DNA of 64,000 nucleotides from Bacteroidales bacterium. GTDB taxonomy: Bacteria > Bacteroidota > Bacteroidia > Bacteroidales > UBA1715. Below the pieces are notes generated by a model. That model saw only the letters and a list, made by a program, of their open reading frames with translations. It ran no database searches and was not told the DNA's origin. How positions within the stretch are numbered: position 1 is the stretch's first letter; the number at the start of each line of letters is the position of its first letter. The translations under genes and the position numbers were made by a program. Below, in pieces: positions 26,573 to 37,689 of the stretch. The stretch lies in the NCBI GenBank assembly GCA_017516865.1, contig JAFXAU010000026.1, positions 5,220-69,219 on the forward strand. The letters run 5' to 3'.

Positions 26573-27421
26573 ATGGAACAGAACGAAGAATATACGGTCA
26601 TAAAACCCATGTCGAGTTTGCTACAGCTAAACTTGAAGGACGTGTGGCGTTATCGCGACTTGATGATGATGTACGTGAAACGTAACATTGTCACAGTCTA
26701 TAAACAGACGATTTTGGGACCGTTGTGGTTGATTGTTCAGCCAGTGCTGACGACCATAATGTTCATGTTTGTGTTCGGAAATCTTGCTGGTCTTTCTACC
26801 GACGGCATTCCTGGAGCATTGTTTTATTTCTCGGGAATTATTTTGTGGAATTATTTTTCGCAATGTCTGACGGGGACTTCGGGCGTGTTCATCAACAATC
26901 AGGGCGTTTTTGGAAAAGTGTATTTCCCTCGTCTTGTCGTTCCTATGGCCACGACAATTTCAAATCTTATTCAGTTCTGCATTCAATTCTGCGTATTCCT
27001 TGTTATATACGTATACTATTATGTTACGATGGAAGTTCCGATTACGCCGAATGTGTACGCATTTCTTTTGCCTGTTCTGGTGTTGCTTTGTGCGGGATTG
27101 AGTTTGGGTTTTGGTATTGTATTTTCGTCGTTGACAACAAAATACCGCGATTTGGTCTTTTTGCTTCAATTTGGCGTTCAGTTGTGGATGTATGCCACAC
27201 CAGTCATTTATCCATTAAATTCCATTCCTGTTGACAAGCAATGGATATTCCAATTGAATCCGATGACGTCGATAATCGAGACGTTCAAATATGGTGCACT
27301 CGGCGTTGGAGTTTTTTCGTGGGGGGCATTATTGTATAGCGCAATATTTATGTTTTTTTTGTTGTTCGTTGGAATAATCATATTCAATAGAATTGAAAAA
27401 TCCTTTATGGATACGGTGTAA
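26573..27421 (+). CDS. ABC-2 type polysaccharide/teichoic-acid exporter permease (Wzm/TagG-like)
   Basis: About 6 TM. The N-terminal LNLKDVWRYRDLMMMYVKRNI pattern is typical of ABC-2 permeases. ATG 26573 is preferred. Confidence 0.7.
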   Translation: MEQNEEYTVIKPMSSLLQLNLKDVWRYRDLMMMYVKRNIVTVYKQTILGPLWLIVQPVLTTIMFMFVFGNLAGLSTDGIPGALFYFSGIILWNYFSQCLTGTSGVFINNQGVFGKVYFPRLVVPMATTISNLIQFCIQFCVFLVIYVYYYVTMEVPITPNVYAFLLPVLVLLCAGLSLGFGIVFSSLTTKYRDLVFLLQFGVQLWMYATPVIYPLNSIPVDKQWIFQLNPMTSIIETFKYGALGVGVFSWGALLYSAIFMFFLLFVGIIIFNRIEKSFMDTV

Positions 27422-27470
27422 TTTTTTGCAGAGACGTTGCGTGTAAAGTCGCGAAATCAAGGAAGTTGCA

Positions 27471-29579
27471 TCAACTTATATCTCGCCACGAGACTTTGTC
27501 AACTCTTCGTTCGAGTAAGCCTTTGCGAAGTCGTGAATTTTCTGGTTGTTCCAGCAACGGGTCGTTGTCGATTATTCTAAAGGCGGCATTTCTGGCAAGA
27601 TTTATTATTTGTCCGTCTTGGGCAAGATTGGCCAATTTAAAAGTTATTGGCAGTCCGCTTTGTTGCGTTCCCTCAATGTCGCCTGGACCACGTAGTTTCA
27701 TATCCATTTCGGCAAGTTGGAATCCGTCTGTTGTTTGAACCATTGCTCCAAGTCGTGATTCGCCGTCCGAAGAAATTTTGTTGCCAGCCATAAGGACGCA
27801 GAAAGACAAATCGGCACCTCGTCCTACGCGGCCTCTGAGCTGATGAAGTTGCGACAAACCGAATCGTTCTGCACTTTCGATAACCATTACCGTGGCATTC
27901 GGCACATTCACGCCAACTTCGATGACGGTGGTGGCGACCATAATTTGTGCATTTCCCGAGGCAAATTGCTGCATGGCCTCGTCTTTTTCGGCAGGTTTCA
28001 TTTTCCCATGAACCATGATGGTTTTGTATTTCGGCTCGGGAAAAACTGTCGTGATAGTTTTGTAGCCGTCTTCAAGATTTTTAAAATCCATTCGTTCCGA
28101 CTCCTGAATAAGCGGATATACGATATAAATCTGTCGACCTTGGGCAATTTGTTCTTTGATGAGGTCGTACATTTTTTGTCGCTGCGTGTCGCGGAGCATG
28201 GTTGTCCGTATTGGTTTACGACCCGGTGGCAGTTCGTCGATGACGGATACGTCCAAATCGCCGTACAACGTCATTGCGAGTGTTCGTGGAATTGGCGTAG
28301 CGGTCATTACAAGCACATGAGGCATGACGTTGTTCTTTTTCCAAAGTTTTGCCCGTTGAGCCACGCCGAATCTGTGTTGCTCGTCAATCACGCATAGTCC
28401 GATATTTTGAAACTGTACGGTATCTTCCAAAAGTGCGTGTGTTCCGACAATCATGTTAATGCTGCCATTTGTCAGTCCTTCGGCAATTTCGGCTCTTCTT
28501 TTTTTGGTTGTCGAACCAGTAAGTAGGGCAATGTTTATCGGCAGATCGCCTAAAAAATCCTGCAAAGATTTTGCATGTTGCTGTGCAAGTATTTCCGTCG
28601 GGGCCATGAGACAGGCCTGATAGCCATTGTCAATAGCCATCAGCATAGATAAGACGGCAATCAATGTTTTCCCGCTTCCCACATCGCCTTGAATAAGTCT
28701 GTTCATGTGCTTTCCCGATTCCACATCTTTTCGAATCTCCGACATGACGCGGATTTGAGCCTTGGTAAGCGGGAATGGCAAATGTTCTTTGAAAAAACGT
28801 GTGAGAAGCTTGTCACGAGAACGGACAAATGGAATGCCTTGAATTTCGCGTGCGTCCTTTTGTTTTCGCGATGCCATGACTAACTGGACCCAAAACAGTT
28901 CCTCGAATTTTATTCTGAATTGCGCCATTGAAACTTGGCTGAGATTCGTAGGCATGTGCAAAGTTCGGATTGCCGTCTCTAAATTTGGCAGTTTAAAATC
29001 GTCGAGAATATATTGAGGAAGTGTTTCGGCAATAGCATTCGGACCGATTTTTTCAAAAATATTTTCGACAAGATTACGGATGACTTTCCCGTTTATGTTT
29101 GCGTTTCGGGTTTTTTCCGTCGCGGGATACACGCCGATGAAATTCTGTTGTTGGTGCTCACGGAATTTTTGAAGTGTTTCCATTTCGGGGTGTGTCATGG
29201 AAAGGGTGCCGTGAAATTCATTCACTTTCCCGAAAAGTACATAGTCGACGTTTGGTTTTATTGCAGGTTCAATCCATTTTATTCCTTTGAACCACGTGAC
29301 TTCCATGCGTCCCGTGCCGTCGGTGAATATTGCTTTGAGATATGCTTTTGCACCATATCCCGAAGTCTGTTTAGAAATGAATCTACCCTGAACTTGTACG
29401 GCATTTTGTGTCGGCATGAGTTCCGAAATCGAGAAAAATTTACTTCGGTCGATGTAGCGGAACGGCAGAAAATTGAGTAAATCCCACAGCGTGAAAATCC
29501 GAAGTTCTGTTTTGAACAAGTCGGCACGTTTGGGACCTACGCCGGGAAGGAATTGTATGTCGTCGTATAACGTACTCAT
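27471..29579 (-). CDS. recG: ATP-dependent DNA helicase RecG
   Basis: 702 aa with GDVGSGKT and DEQHRFG helicase motifs and an N-terminal wedge/OB region. Confidence 0.92.
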   Translation of the reverse strand: MSTLYDDIQFLPGVGPKRADLFKTELRIFTLWDLLNFLPFRYIDRSKFFSISELMPTQNAVQVQGRFISKQTSGYGAKAYLKAIFTDGTGRMEVTWFKGIKWIEPAIKPNVDYVLFGKVNEFHGTLSMTHPEMETLQKFREHQQQNFIGVYPATEKTRNANINGKVIRNLVENIFEKIGPNAIAETLPQYILDDFKLPNLETAIRTLHMPTNLSQVSMAQFRIKFEELFWVQLVMASRKQKDAREIQGIPFVRSRDKLLTRFFKEHLPFPLTKAQIRVMSEIRKDVESGKHMNRLIQGDVGSGKTLIAVLSMLMAIDNGYQACLMAPTEILAQQHAKSLQDFLGDLPINIALLTGSTTKKRRAEIAEGLTNGSINMIVGTHALLEDTVQFQNIGLCVIDEQHRFGVAQRAKLWKKNNVMPHVLVMTATPIPRTLAMTLYGDLDVSVIDELPPGRKPIRTTMLRDTQRQKMYDLIKEQIAQGRQIYIVYPLIQESERMDFKNLEDGYKTITTVFPEPKYKTIMVHGKMKPAEKDEAMQQFASGNAQIMVATTVIEVGVNVPNATVMVIESAERFGLSQLHQLRGRVGRGADLSFCVLMAGNKISSDGESRLGAMVQTTDGFQLAEMDMKLRGPGDIEGTQQSGLPITFKLANLAQDGQIINLARNAAFRIIDNDPLLEQPENSRLRKGLLERRVDKVSWRDIS

Positions 29580-30583
29580 TTTTTGAATTTTCCGCCTATG
29601 CGGGCACGCAAATATATTTGTTGAGAGTTGTCAATCACGCCGTCAACGTAGTGCAGACAGAATCTGAAACTTGCCTGAACTTGCGGATTGTTGAACACAT
29701 ACAGCACCATGTCGGCACGTCCGTAGTTTCCACATCGGAAAAGTGGGTCGCCCCATGGAAGATGTGTTCCGCCGCCATTGTAGTACACTGCGTCGAGGGC
29801 AAGGAATTTCTTTTGAATGTAAAACGTTGAATACAAAGCCATTGAACGGAGTGGACTGTTGATAGTCGTATCTTTTTTGTTGGCGTACCATGTCTTTATG
29901 AATCCGACCGAAGCCGACAGCGAATCAAGCCAGGAAATATTTGCATCGTAGCCGAGATTGAGGGCAAATCCACCATTGTCGGCTACGGATTTTTGTCCGC
30001 GGTTGCCTTCGGCGTGGTGGCGGTAGTAGAACATGTCTGTCAGAAAAATGTTCCACAACTGAGTTTTACCGCTGAATCCCGTAATGAATTTTTCACAATA
30101 GCCTGCATTTACTTGCGTATGCCAGTCAAACAATAATGTTTGTTCACCGTATTTGTGCGAGAAAACGGCACGTGCACCTTGATAATTCGGTCGGTAATAC
30201 AACAACGAATCGGTGTAAAGCACGTTTGCAAATGTGTTTTTTTCGATAGGAAATGAACCTAACTGAAAATGAATCCACGGAGTTTTATATTGGTAATAAA
30301 TGGACAGCACAGGCGTGTGGGCGAACATTTTTTCTCCATGTTCCACCATGTAGCTTCCTCCTCCGTGAATACTCTGAATGCTGTCAATCTGGTAGCCGAT
30401 AGTCCCCGAAAGCCGTGAACCTAAAATTGTTTCGGGGAAACCATAGTACGTTGTAAATTCTCTATTGTCACCAATAAAATCGTAACCAATGTTCCAAACG
30501 AAATTTTGTGCCAGTGCTGACCATGCCGTCATAACGCAAATGGCGGTGGAAAGAATGACTTTTTGTAACAACGAACGTCGCAT
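29576..30583 (-). CDS. hypothetical outer-membrane beta-barrel-like protein
   Basis: Signal peptide MRRSLLQKVILSTAICVMTAWSALAQ and an aromatic-rich alternating pattern. 4-nt overlap with the recG start. Confidence 0.5.
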   Translation of the reverse strand: MRRSLLQKVILSTAICVMTAWSALAQNFVWNIGYDFIGDNREFTTYYGFPETILGSRLSGTIGYQIDSIQSIHGGGSYMVEHGEKMFAHTPVLSIYYQYKTPWIHFQLGSFPIEKNTFANVLYTDSLLYYRPNYQGARAVFSHKYGEQTLLFDWHTQVNAGYCEKFITGFSGKTQLWNIFLTDMFYYRHHAEGNRGQKSVADNGGFALNLGYDANISWLDSLSASVGFIKTWYANKKDTTINSPLRSMALYSTFYIQKKFLALDAVYYNGGGTHLPWGDPLFRCGNYGRADMVLYVFNNPQVQASFRFCLHYVDGVIDNSQQIYLRARIGGKFKK

Positions 30584-30663
30584 ATCTAAAAATTTGAGTG
30601 TATAAAAGTAAATCATTTTTGCCAAAGAACGGTAAAAATCATATTTTTGTGTAAAAGTTATAC

Positions 30664-30846
30664 ATGATGGTGAAACGAAGTTTGTTTATATTGATGTTCT
30701 TTGTCTCGTTGTGTGCGGTGTCGTGCAAAACGCCGACCAATGCCCAGAAAGCATCAAAAATGGCAAAGGAACGATACAAATACATTAAGCACGATTGTCA
30801 TTGTCATTCCTTTGTGGAACCCGTTCAGGAGGAAAAAAATATATGA
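30664..30846 (+). CDS. small putative lipoprotein
   Basis: 60 aa with lipobox LCAVSC. ATGA overlap with the downstream methyltransferase start suggests translational coupling. Confidence 0.4.
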   Translation: MMVKRSLFILMFFVSLCAVSCKTPTNAQKASKMAKERYKYIKHDCHCHSFVEPVQEEKNI

Positions 30847-31631
30847 ATTTTTTCTTGGCAAAGAAAACCTTGCTGTATGTGCTATTGTCCGGTCATAAAT
30901 ATGGGCATCGGATTCATTCCCCCTTTGTTTATGACTTGATAACAACCGTTTTTCGGGCAAAATCCGACAAATCGCAATTCAAAAAAATTGAGAAAAGACG
31001 TGCGGAGCTTAAGGCAGACAATACCGAAATCGAAATTCAAGATTTTGGTGCCGGATCGGTGCGGAATGCTTCGAATGTCAGAAAAATTTCGTACATCGCA
31101 CGGACAAGTCTTTCGCAAGGAAAATATGCTCGATTGCTTTTTAATTTGGTAAATCGCTACAAGCCGTCTACAATTCTTGAATTGGGCACGTCGTTGGGAA
31201 TCAGCACCGCCTATCTTGCTACGGCAAATCCATCGGCACGGGTGGTGAGTCTCGAAGGTTCTCCGGCCATTGCGGCAATTGCAGATAAAACCATGCTCGA
31301 TTGCTCTGCGGGAAATGTAGAAATTCGTGTCGGAAATTTCAACGACACATTGTCCCAGGCATTGACAGACTTACAAAACGTAGATTTTGCCTTTATTGAC
31401 GGCAATCATACAAAAGACGCGACTTTGCGGTATTTTGAGCAGATATATCCATATTGCACAGAGCAATCAATTTTAATTTTCGACGACATTTCGTGGAGCG
31501 AAGGAATGCGCGAGGCATGGGAACAAATTGCCGCCGACCAACGCGTAAGCATAAGTATTGATTTGTGTAAACAAGGAATAGTGTTTTTCCGAAAAGGAAT
31601 AGAAAAGCAGAATTTTGTGGTTCGGTATTGA
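30843..31631 (+). CDS. class I SAM-dependent (O-)methyltransferase
   Basis: SAM-binding ILELGTSLGISTAYLA and later FIDGNH. Confidence 0.75.
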   Translation: MNFFLAKKTLLYVLLSGHKYGHRIHSPFVYDLITTVFRAKSDKSQFKKIEKRRAELKADNTEIEIQDFGAGSVRNASNVRKISYIARTSLSQGKYARLLFNLVNRYKPSTILELGTSLGISTAYLATANPSARVVSLEGSPAIAAIADKTMLDCSAGNVEIRVGNFNDTLSQALTDLQNVDFAFIDGNHTKDATLRYFEQIYPYCTEQSILIFDDISWSEGMREAWEQIAADQRVSISIDLCKQGIVFFRKGIEKQNFVVRY

Positions 31632-31642
31632 GTCCCCGACGT

Positions 31643-32311
31643 TTACTTCATTTTCACTTTAATCAATGGGCTGTCGGAAATAGGGAACACCTTGGTAAAC
31701 AAGAGTTGCGAGCCCAGTGCAATCAAAAATCCTAAAATTGAACCGACGTAAATGTCAATGAAAAAATGTTGGAGCAGATAAATTCTCGAGAATGCGGCTC
31801 CAAGAGCGATGATAAAGCACACAATGCCAATCCATTTTTTCTTTGAAAACATTGCAAGCAAGGCCATTATGGTAAACGAAAACATTGAATGTCCCGACGG
31901 AAAGGAATATTGTTCTTTATACACCGAAATGTCCGATAAAATATGCTTGTACGCCGAAAGCGGGAATAATTTTGTAGGTCGCGGAACGTTTCCGAACAAA
32001 ATGTCTTTACACAGCATGGTAATGAGGAAACACAATATGCCTGCGGTTATGAATACAAGCATTTCGCGTTTCGAGACAAAGGCAAAAAACAGAATCACAA
32101 ATCCTATGCACCAACCTTCGAACAGCAATGAATACCAGATGAAAAATGGGTCAAGACTTTCGCAGGCAATGTTTTCGTTTACCCAAAAGTTTGCAAAATG
32201 TTTGGTCCATTGCACAAGCGGATAGATTCCGAGCAAAATGAATGCATACATACAATACGAAAATGTATGTTTTGTAAGAAAATCCTTTGTCGAAACCAAT
32301 GACAATTCCAT
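31643..32311 (-). CDS. PAP2-family membrane phosphatase
   Basis: Tripartite motif KDILFGNVPRP / FPSGHS / SRIYLLQHFFID. Confidence 0.8.
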   Translation of the reverse strand: MELSLVSTKDFLTKHTFSYCMYAFILLGIYPLVQWTKHFANFWVNENIACESLDPFFIWYSLLFEGWCIGFVILFFAFVSKREMLVFITAGILCFLITMLCKDILFGNVPRPTKLFPLSAYKHILSDISVYKEQYSFPSGHSMFSFTIMALLAMFSKKKWIGIVCFIIALGAAFSRIYLLQHFFIDIYVGSILGFLIALGSQLLFTKVFPISDSPLIKVKMK

Positions 32312-33438
32312 CAGTATTTTTTTATTACAGAATACATTGTATCGCGCTCCACAGGCGTTTTGTTGCTTTCTTTTATCAACGCAATCATTTCCTCTTTCGT
32401 CAGTATTGGCCGTTTTTCAACGGAACCTGCCATGGAATAGATTTTTGTTGAATCGTTGATTGTGCCGTCGAAATCGTCAACGCCGTAATCGAGTGTGATT
32501 TGTGAAAAATCCTTGCCGAGCATCGGCCAGTACACTTTCAAGTGAGGGATATTGTCGAGAAACAGACGTGAAATCGAGAAATTTCTCAAGTCTTCGGTCC
32601 AGGGAAGTTCTCGCTCTATTCCCAACACGTTGTTTTCTTTCTTATATTTTAATGGTATGAACGCGTTGAATCCGTGTGTTTCGTCTTGCAAAGTCCGCAA
32701 ACGGTTCAAGTGGTCTACACGTTGGGCGAATGTTTCTTTATGTCCATATAAAATTGTAGCATTCGTCTGAATGCCAAGCAAATGTGCTTCTTTGTGAATG
32801 GCAAGCCAGTCGGCACTTTTGGTTTTTGACGGACACATTTCTGCACGAAGTTTTTCGTCGAAAATTTCCGCTCCGCCGCCGGGCATCGCGTCAAGACCGC
32901 ATTGTTTCAATTTAGTAAGCACTTCTGTTACAGAAAGATGGTTCATCTTCGCCATGTATTCAATTTCAACTGCCGTAAAAGCTTTTATAAATACGTGCGG
33001 CAAAACTTGTTTCACCGTTTTCAGCAAATCGCAGTAATAGTCTATAGTTCGTGTCGGGTGACAGCCGCCCACAATGTGGACTTCGGTCAGTGCCTCGGCG
33101 GGAATTGTCCGAAGTTGTTCCGCAATTTCTTCAATGGAATATTCCCAACTTTCCTGTGAGCCTGATTCACGATAATACGAGCAGAATCGACACTTGTGCA
33201 CACATACGTTCGACGGCTCCACGTGTATGTTTTTATTGAAAAAAACCGAAGAACCGAACTTTTTCGTCTTGACAAAATTTGCCAACAGACCGACAAAATT
33301 CAAGTCAGCCTTTTCGTACAGTTTCAACGCCTCGTCGCAGGTAATCCGTTCTTCCTGAAATACTTTGTCTGCTATAGATTGCAAGTCTTTGGCGACCGAT
33401 GTCTTTACAATAATATCTTGTATTTCTGCTGTATTCAT
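32311..33438 (-). CDS. radical SAM enzyme of the CofH/MqnC/MqnE family
   Basis: CxxxCxxC cluster motif CVHKCRFCSY; ~375 aa. I cannot tell MqnC from MqnE by eye. Confidence 0.65.
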   Translation of the reverse strand: MNTAEIQDIIVKTSVAKDLQSIADKVFQEERITCDEALKLYEKADLNFVGLLANFVKTKKFGSSVFFNKNIHVEPSNVCVHKCRFCSYYRESGSQESWEYSIEEIAEQLRTIPAEALTEVHIVGGCHPTRTIDYYCDLLKTVKQVLPHVFIKAFTAVEIEYMAKMNHLSVTEVLTKLKQCGLDAMPGGGAEIFDEKLRAEMCPSKTKSADWLAIHKEAHLLGIQTNATILYGHKETFAQRVDHLNRLRTLQDETHGFNAFIPLKYKKENNVLGIERELPWTEDLRNFSISRLFLDNIPHLKVYWPMLGKDFSQITLDYGVDDFDGTINDSTKIYSMAGSVEKRPILTKEEMIALIKESNKTPVERDTMYSVIKKY

Positions 33439-33613
33439 CTTTCGTTTTTTACGGCACAAAGATACGGTTTCTCATTTTATTTTCATTACCATATTGCACA
33501 TTCTATCAAGACAAATTGGCATATTTTAATGAATGATTCAGCCATTCTGTCCGTAAAAACAGGTTGGCAATCCTTTTGATAGAAATGATTTTGAATTTTA
33601 AAACAATAAAATT

Positions 33614-36202
33614 ATGGACTTCAATCAATTCACTATCAAAGCACAAGAGGTTATGCAGCAGGCGGTCAAGATTGCCAATGCAAATAACCAGCAGGCCGTG
33701 GAGACGGGACATATACTTGAGGCTTTGTTTGAAAAAGCCGACAGTATTACTTCGTTTCTGCTGAAGAAGTTGGACGTCAACACGAGTGCGTTGTCGTCGG
33801 CTCTTCAAAGAATTATTTCATCGTATCCGAAAGTTTCGGGAGGCGAGGCATATTTGTCATCGGCAGCCAATAAAGCCATGTTGGAAGCCGAGAATCAGTT
33901 AAAATCGTTTGGCGACCAGTATGTTTCTGTAGAACATTTGTTGATAGGTATTTTTAAGTGCGGTGACCAAGTTTCGCAATTGCTCAAAGACAGCGGAATC
34001 ACCGAAAAAAATCTTCTTGCAGCCATACAAGAACTGCGAAAAGGTTCTAAAGTGACAAGCCAGTCTGCCGAAGATACTTACAATGCCTTGCAACGGTTCG
34101 CCATAAACTTGAACGCACAGGCGCGTGCGGGAAAACTCGACCCTGTAATCGGCCGTGACGACGAAATTCGTCGTGTACTGCAAATTCTTTCGCGTCGTAC
34201 GAAAAACAACCCAATCTTGATTGGTGAGCCGGGTGTCGGTAAAACCGCCATAGCCGAAGGTTTGGCACATAGAATCATAAAAGGCGATGTACCTGAAAAT
34301 CTGAAAACGAAACAAATTTTCTCGCTCGACATGGGTGCGCTGATTGCCGGTGCAAAATACAAAGGCGAATTTGAGGAAAGACTTAAATCTGTCGTGAATG
34401 AGGTTATTTCTGCAAATGGGGAAATAATTCTGTTCATCGACGAAATTCATACGCTGGTCGGTGCCGGTCAGAGCGAAGGCGCAATGGACGCCGCAAACAT
34501 TCTAAAACCTGCTCTTGCCCGTGGCGAACTCCGTGCTATTGGTGCCACAACGTTGGACGAATATCAAAAATATTTCGAAAAAGACAAGGCGCTGGAACGT
34601 CGTTTCCAGACTGTGATGGTGGACGAACCGAGTGTTGAAAATACCGTTTCGATTTTGCGTGGTTTGAAGGAACGCTACGAGAATCACCACAAAGTGCGTA
34701 TTCTCGACGAGGCTATTGTCGCTGCCGTGGAACTTTCGCACCGATACATCACCAGCCGTTTTTTGCCTGATAAAGCCATAGACTTGATGGACGAGGCGGC
34801 TGCAAAACTTCGTATGGAAATGAATTCCGTGCCAGAGGAAATTGATGAACTGAATCGAAAAATCCGTCAGTTGGAAATTGAACGCGAGGCAATCAAACGT
34901 GATGGCGAAACTGCCCGTACTGAGACAATCGACAAGCAAATCGCCGACCTTCAGGCGGAATTGACCAAATACATGGCAACATGGAATTCCGAAAAAGAAA
35001 TTGTGGCAAAAATTCATGCCAACAATCAAGAAATTGAAAATCTGAAATTCGAAGCCGAAAAAGCCGAACGTGACGGCGACTACGGCAAAGTTGCCGAAAT
35101 TCGCTATGGTAAACTGAAGAATTTGGAAGAGGAGTCGAAAAAACTCACCGAAGAACTGAAAGACAAACAAGTGAACGGCGGCTTAATCGACGAGGAAGTC
35201 AGTGCCGACGACATTGCCGACGTGGTTTCGCGTTGGACGGGAATACCTGTGAGCAAAATGCTTCAGGCGGAAAAGGACAAGCTGCTGAATCTTGAAACGG
35301 AACTTCACAAACGTGTTGTGGGACAAGATGAAGCAATTACCGCCATTGCCGATGCGGTGCGTCGTAGCCGTGCCGGTTTGCAAGACGAAAAACGACCGAT
35401 TGGCTCGTTCATTTTCTTGGGAACCACGGGTGTAGGTAAGACTGAATTGGCAAAGGCTCTTGCCGAATTTTTGTTCGACGACGAAAACCTGATGACACGT
35501 ATTGATATGTCTGAATATCAGGAACGTCACTCCGTGTCGCGTTTGATTGGAGCGCCTCCGGGATACGTCGGCTACGACGAGGGAGGTCAGCTGACCGAAG
35601 CTGTCAGACGGAAACCATATTCCGTTGTGTTGCTTGACGAAATCGAAAAAGCGCACCCCGATGTGTTCAACATTTTGCTGCAAGTGCTCGACGATGGTAA
35701 ACTGACCGACAACAAAGGTCGTACGGCAAGTTTCAAGAACACCATTATTATAATGACTTCGAACATCGGTTCCGACATTATTCAGGAACGTTTCGAAAAT
35801 ATGAACGAGAGCAACAAATTGGAAACGATTGAATCGACGAAAAACGAAGTGTTCAATTTGCTGAAAAAGAGCGTCCGTCCAGAGTTTTTGAACAGAATTG
35901 ACGAAACAATCATGTTCACTCCGTTGACGAAGAACGACATCACTTCGATTGTCCGTATGCAGTTCAACCGTCTCGCAAAGCGACTCGAGGCAATGGATAT
36001 TCAAATCGACATTACCGAAAAGGCAGTTGACGAGTTGGCTCGGTTGGGCTACAATCCACAGTTCGGCGCACGTCCTGTAAAACGTATCATTCAAAAAGAA
36101 TTGCTGAACGAGTTGTCGAAAAAATTGCTGTCGGGCGAGGTCGTGAAAGATTCTAAAATTCTTGTAGACGTAGTGAACGGAGAGATAGTGTTTAAGAATT
36201 AA
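33614..36202 (+). CDS. clpB: ATP-dependent chaperone/disaggregase ClpB
   Basis: 862 aa with two AAA+ modules ([18 protein letters not shown]) and a coiled-coil middle domain. Confidence 0.95.
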   Translation: MDFNQFTIKAQEVMQQAVKIANANNQQAVETGHILEALFEKADSITSFLLKKLDVNTSALSSALQRIISSYPKVSGGEAYLSSAANKAMLEAENQLKSFGDQYVSVEHLLIGIFKCGDQVSQLLKDSGITEKNLLAAIQELRKGSKVTSQSAEDTYNALQRFAINLNAQARAGKLDPVIGRDDEIRRVLQILSRRTKNNPILIGEPGVGKTAIAEGLAHRIIKGDVPENLKTKQIFSLDMGALIAGAKYKGEFEERLKSVVNEVISANGEIILFIDEIHTLVGAGQSEGAMDAANILKPALARGELRAIGATTLDEYQKYFEKDKALERRFQTVMVDEPSVENTVSILRGLKERYENHHKVRILDEAIVAAVELSHRYITSRFLPDKAIDLMDEAAAKLRMEMNSVPEEIDELNRKIRQLEIEREAIKRDGETARTETIDKQIADLQAELTKYMATWNSEKEIVAKIHANNQEIENLKFEAEKAERDGDYGKVAEIRYGKLKNLEEESKKLTEELKDKQVNGGLIDEEVSADDIADVVSRWTGIPVSKMLQAEKDKLLNLETELHKRVVGQDEAITAIADAVRRSRAGLQDEKRPIGSFIFLGTTGVGKTELAKALAEFLFDDENLMTRIDMSEYQERHSVSRLIGAPPGYVGYDEGGQLTEAVRRKPYSVVLLDEIEKAHPDVFNILLQVLDDGKLTDNKGRTASFKNTIIIMTSNIGSDIIQERFENMNESNKLETIESTKNEVFNLLKKSVRPEFLNRIDETIMFTPLTKNDITSIVRMQFNRLAKRLEAMDIQIDITEKAVDELARLGYNPQFGARPVKRIIQKELLNELSKKLLSGEVVKDSKILVDVVNGEIVFKN

Positions 36203-36234
36203 TTTGTTGTATTTTTGCCACAAATTAATACGAG

Positions 36235-37680
36235 ATGGAAACGAATGTTCAGATTCTGGTCGTAATGGTGGTATATGCCTTGTTCCTCTTTATGTGGGGA
36301 CTTTGGCAGGGGCGTAAGGTGAAAAACTCGCAGGATTTTGCCATTGCGGGACGGTCGTTGTCGGGAGTGGTTGCCTCGCTGTCGGAACGTGCCACGGGAG
36401 AATCGTCGTGGGCTTTGCTCGGACTTCCTGGTGCGGCATACGCCACGGGACTTCTGGAAATTTGGACAGCAATTGGTTGCGTGGTGGGAATCATTCTCGC
36501 ATGGACAATTCTCGCATGGAGAATCCAACGCGAGGCTCAGAATCTCGACGCAACCACGTTCACCGACTTCATAGCGAAACAGCATGGCGACAAGGCGCAA
36601 CTTATTCGTGTCACGGGAAGCATCACCATTGTGTTCTTTTTCTTCTTTTACATTGGTGCTCAATTCATTGGCGGTGCAAAAACGCTCAACAACCTGTTCG
36701 GATTAGACCCCACGTGGGGAATGATAGCACTGGTGATTTTGGTGATCCCATACACAATCTACGGCGGATTTCGGAGCGTGGCTTACACCGACGTGATTCA
36801 AGCCGTAGTTATGATTGTAACTCTGATAGTCACGCCAATCGTGGGACTTATCTACATTGCCAACCAGCCCGACGGTGCCATTTACGCACATTCCATCACT
36901 GAAGCATTGAGCAAGGCAGGACCGCAGTTTACCGATTTAAGCGGAGGACTCGACGGTTTTGGCGCAGGCTGTCTTATAGGCGGCTCGCTTGCGTGGATGT
37001 TCGGCTACTTGGGCGGACTTCCGCAACTTACCACCCGTTTTATTTCCATCCGCGACGTGAAACAGGCAAAAATCGGACGTAACGTGGGCATTGTCTGGAC
37101 AATATTTGCATACGTCGGAGCACTTAGCATAGGTTGGATAGGCATTGCGATTTTCGGTCCCGATGCGATTTCCGACCGCGAAAACATTATGCCTATTTTG
37201 CTTACGACGCTGTTTCCGCCAATAATTGTGGGCGTTCTGGTCACGGGTATTTTGGCGGCAGTCATTTCCACGGCAAATTCCGTACTGATTCTTTCGGCCA
37301 CGGAACTCTCCGAAAATCTTATCAAACCATTGCAGAAAAACCAGCACGACAGTCTCCGACTCTCGCGGATTGTAACCGCCGTGCTCTCGATTTTAGCACT
37401 TTTGGTCGCATTTTTCTCGTCGTCGGAATTTGTTTACACAATTGTGGGCTACGTGTGGGCAGGCATTGGCTGCACGTTTTCGGTGGTGATTTTGCTCACG
37501 CTGTTCTGGAAACGGTTCAGCGGCGGGGCGGCAGTGCTCACAATCGTTACGGGAATGCTCTTTACCATTGTGTGGATAACCACGGGAATGGACAAAATCG
37601 TAACCGTACGGCTTATGACATTCATTGTCGCCGCAGTGGTGGCAATTGCCGGAAGTTACATTTTCCCACGCAAAGGGTAG
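36235..37680 (+). CDS. sodium:solute symporter (SSF) family transporter
   Basis: 481 aa, ~13 TM, with N-terminal GRSLSG..ATGESSWALLGLPG typical of the SSF family. Confidence 0.75.
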   Translation: METNVQILVVMVVYALFLFMWGLWQGRKVKNSQDFAIAGRSLSGVVASLSERATGESSWALLGLPGAAYATGLLEIWTAIGCVVGIILAWTILAWRIQREAQNLDATTFTDFIAKQHGDKAQLIRVTGSITIVFFFFFYIGAQFIGGAKTLNNLFGLDPTWGMIALVILVIPYTIYGGFRSVAYTDVIQAVVMIVTLIVTPIVGLIYIANQPDGAIYAHSITEALSKAGPQFTDLSGGLDGFGAGCLIGGSLAWMFGYLGGLPQLTTRFISIRDVKQAKIGRNVGIVWTIFAYVGALSIGWIGIAIFGPDAISDRENIMPILLTTLFPPIIVGVLVTGILAAVISTANSVLILSATELSENLIKPLQKNQHDSLRLSRIVTAVLSILALLVAFFSSSEFVYTIVGYVWAGIGCTFSVVILLTLFWKRFSGGAAVLTIVTGMLFTIVWITTGMDKIVTVRLMTFIVAAVVAIAGSYIFPRKG

Positions 37681-37689
37681 GGTAGACGT

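Noticed and set aside
35183-36223. 346-aa antisense ORF inside clpB (similar cases: 3768-4607 in pstB, 34502-35170 in clpB)
   Set aside because: These are shadow frames of highly conserved genes. They have no motifs and no independent expression signals.
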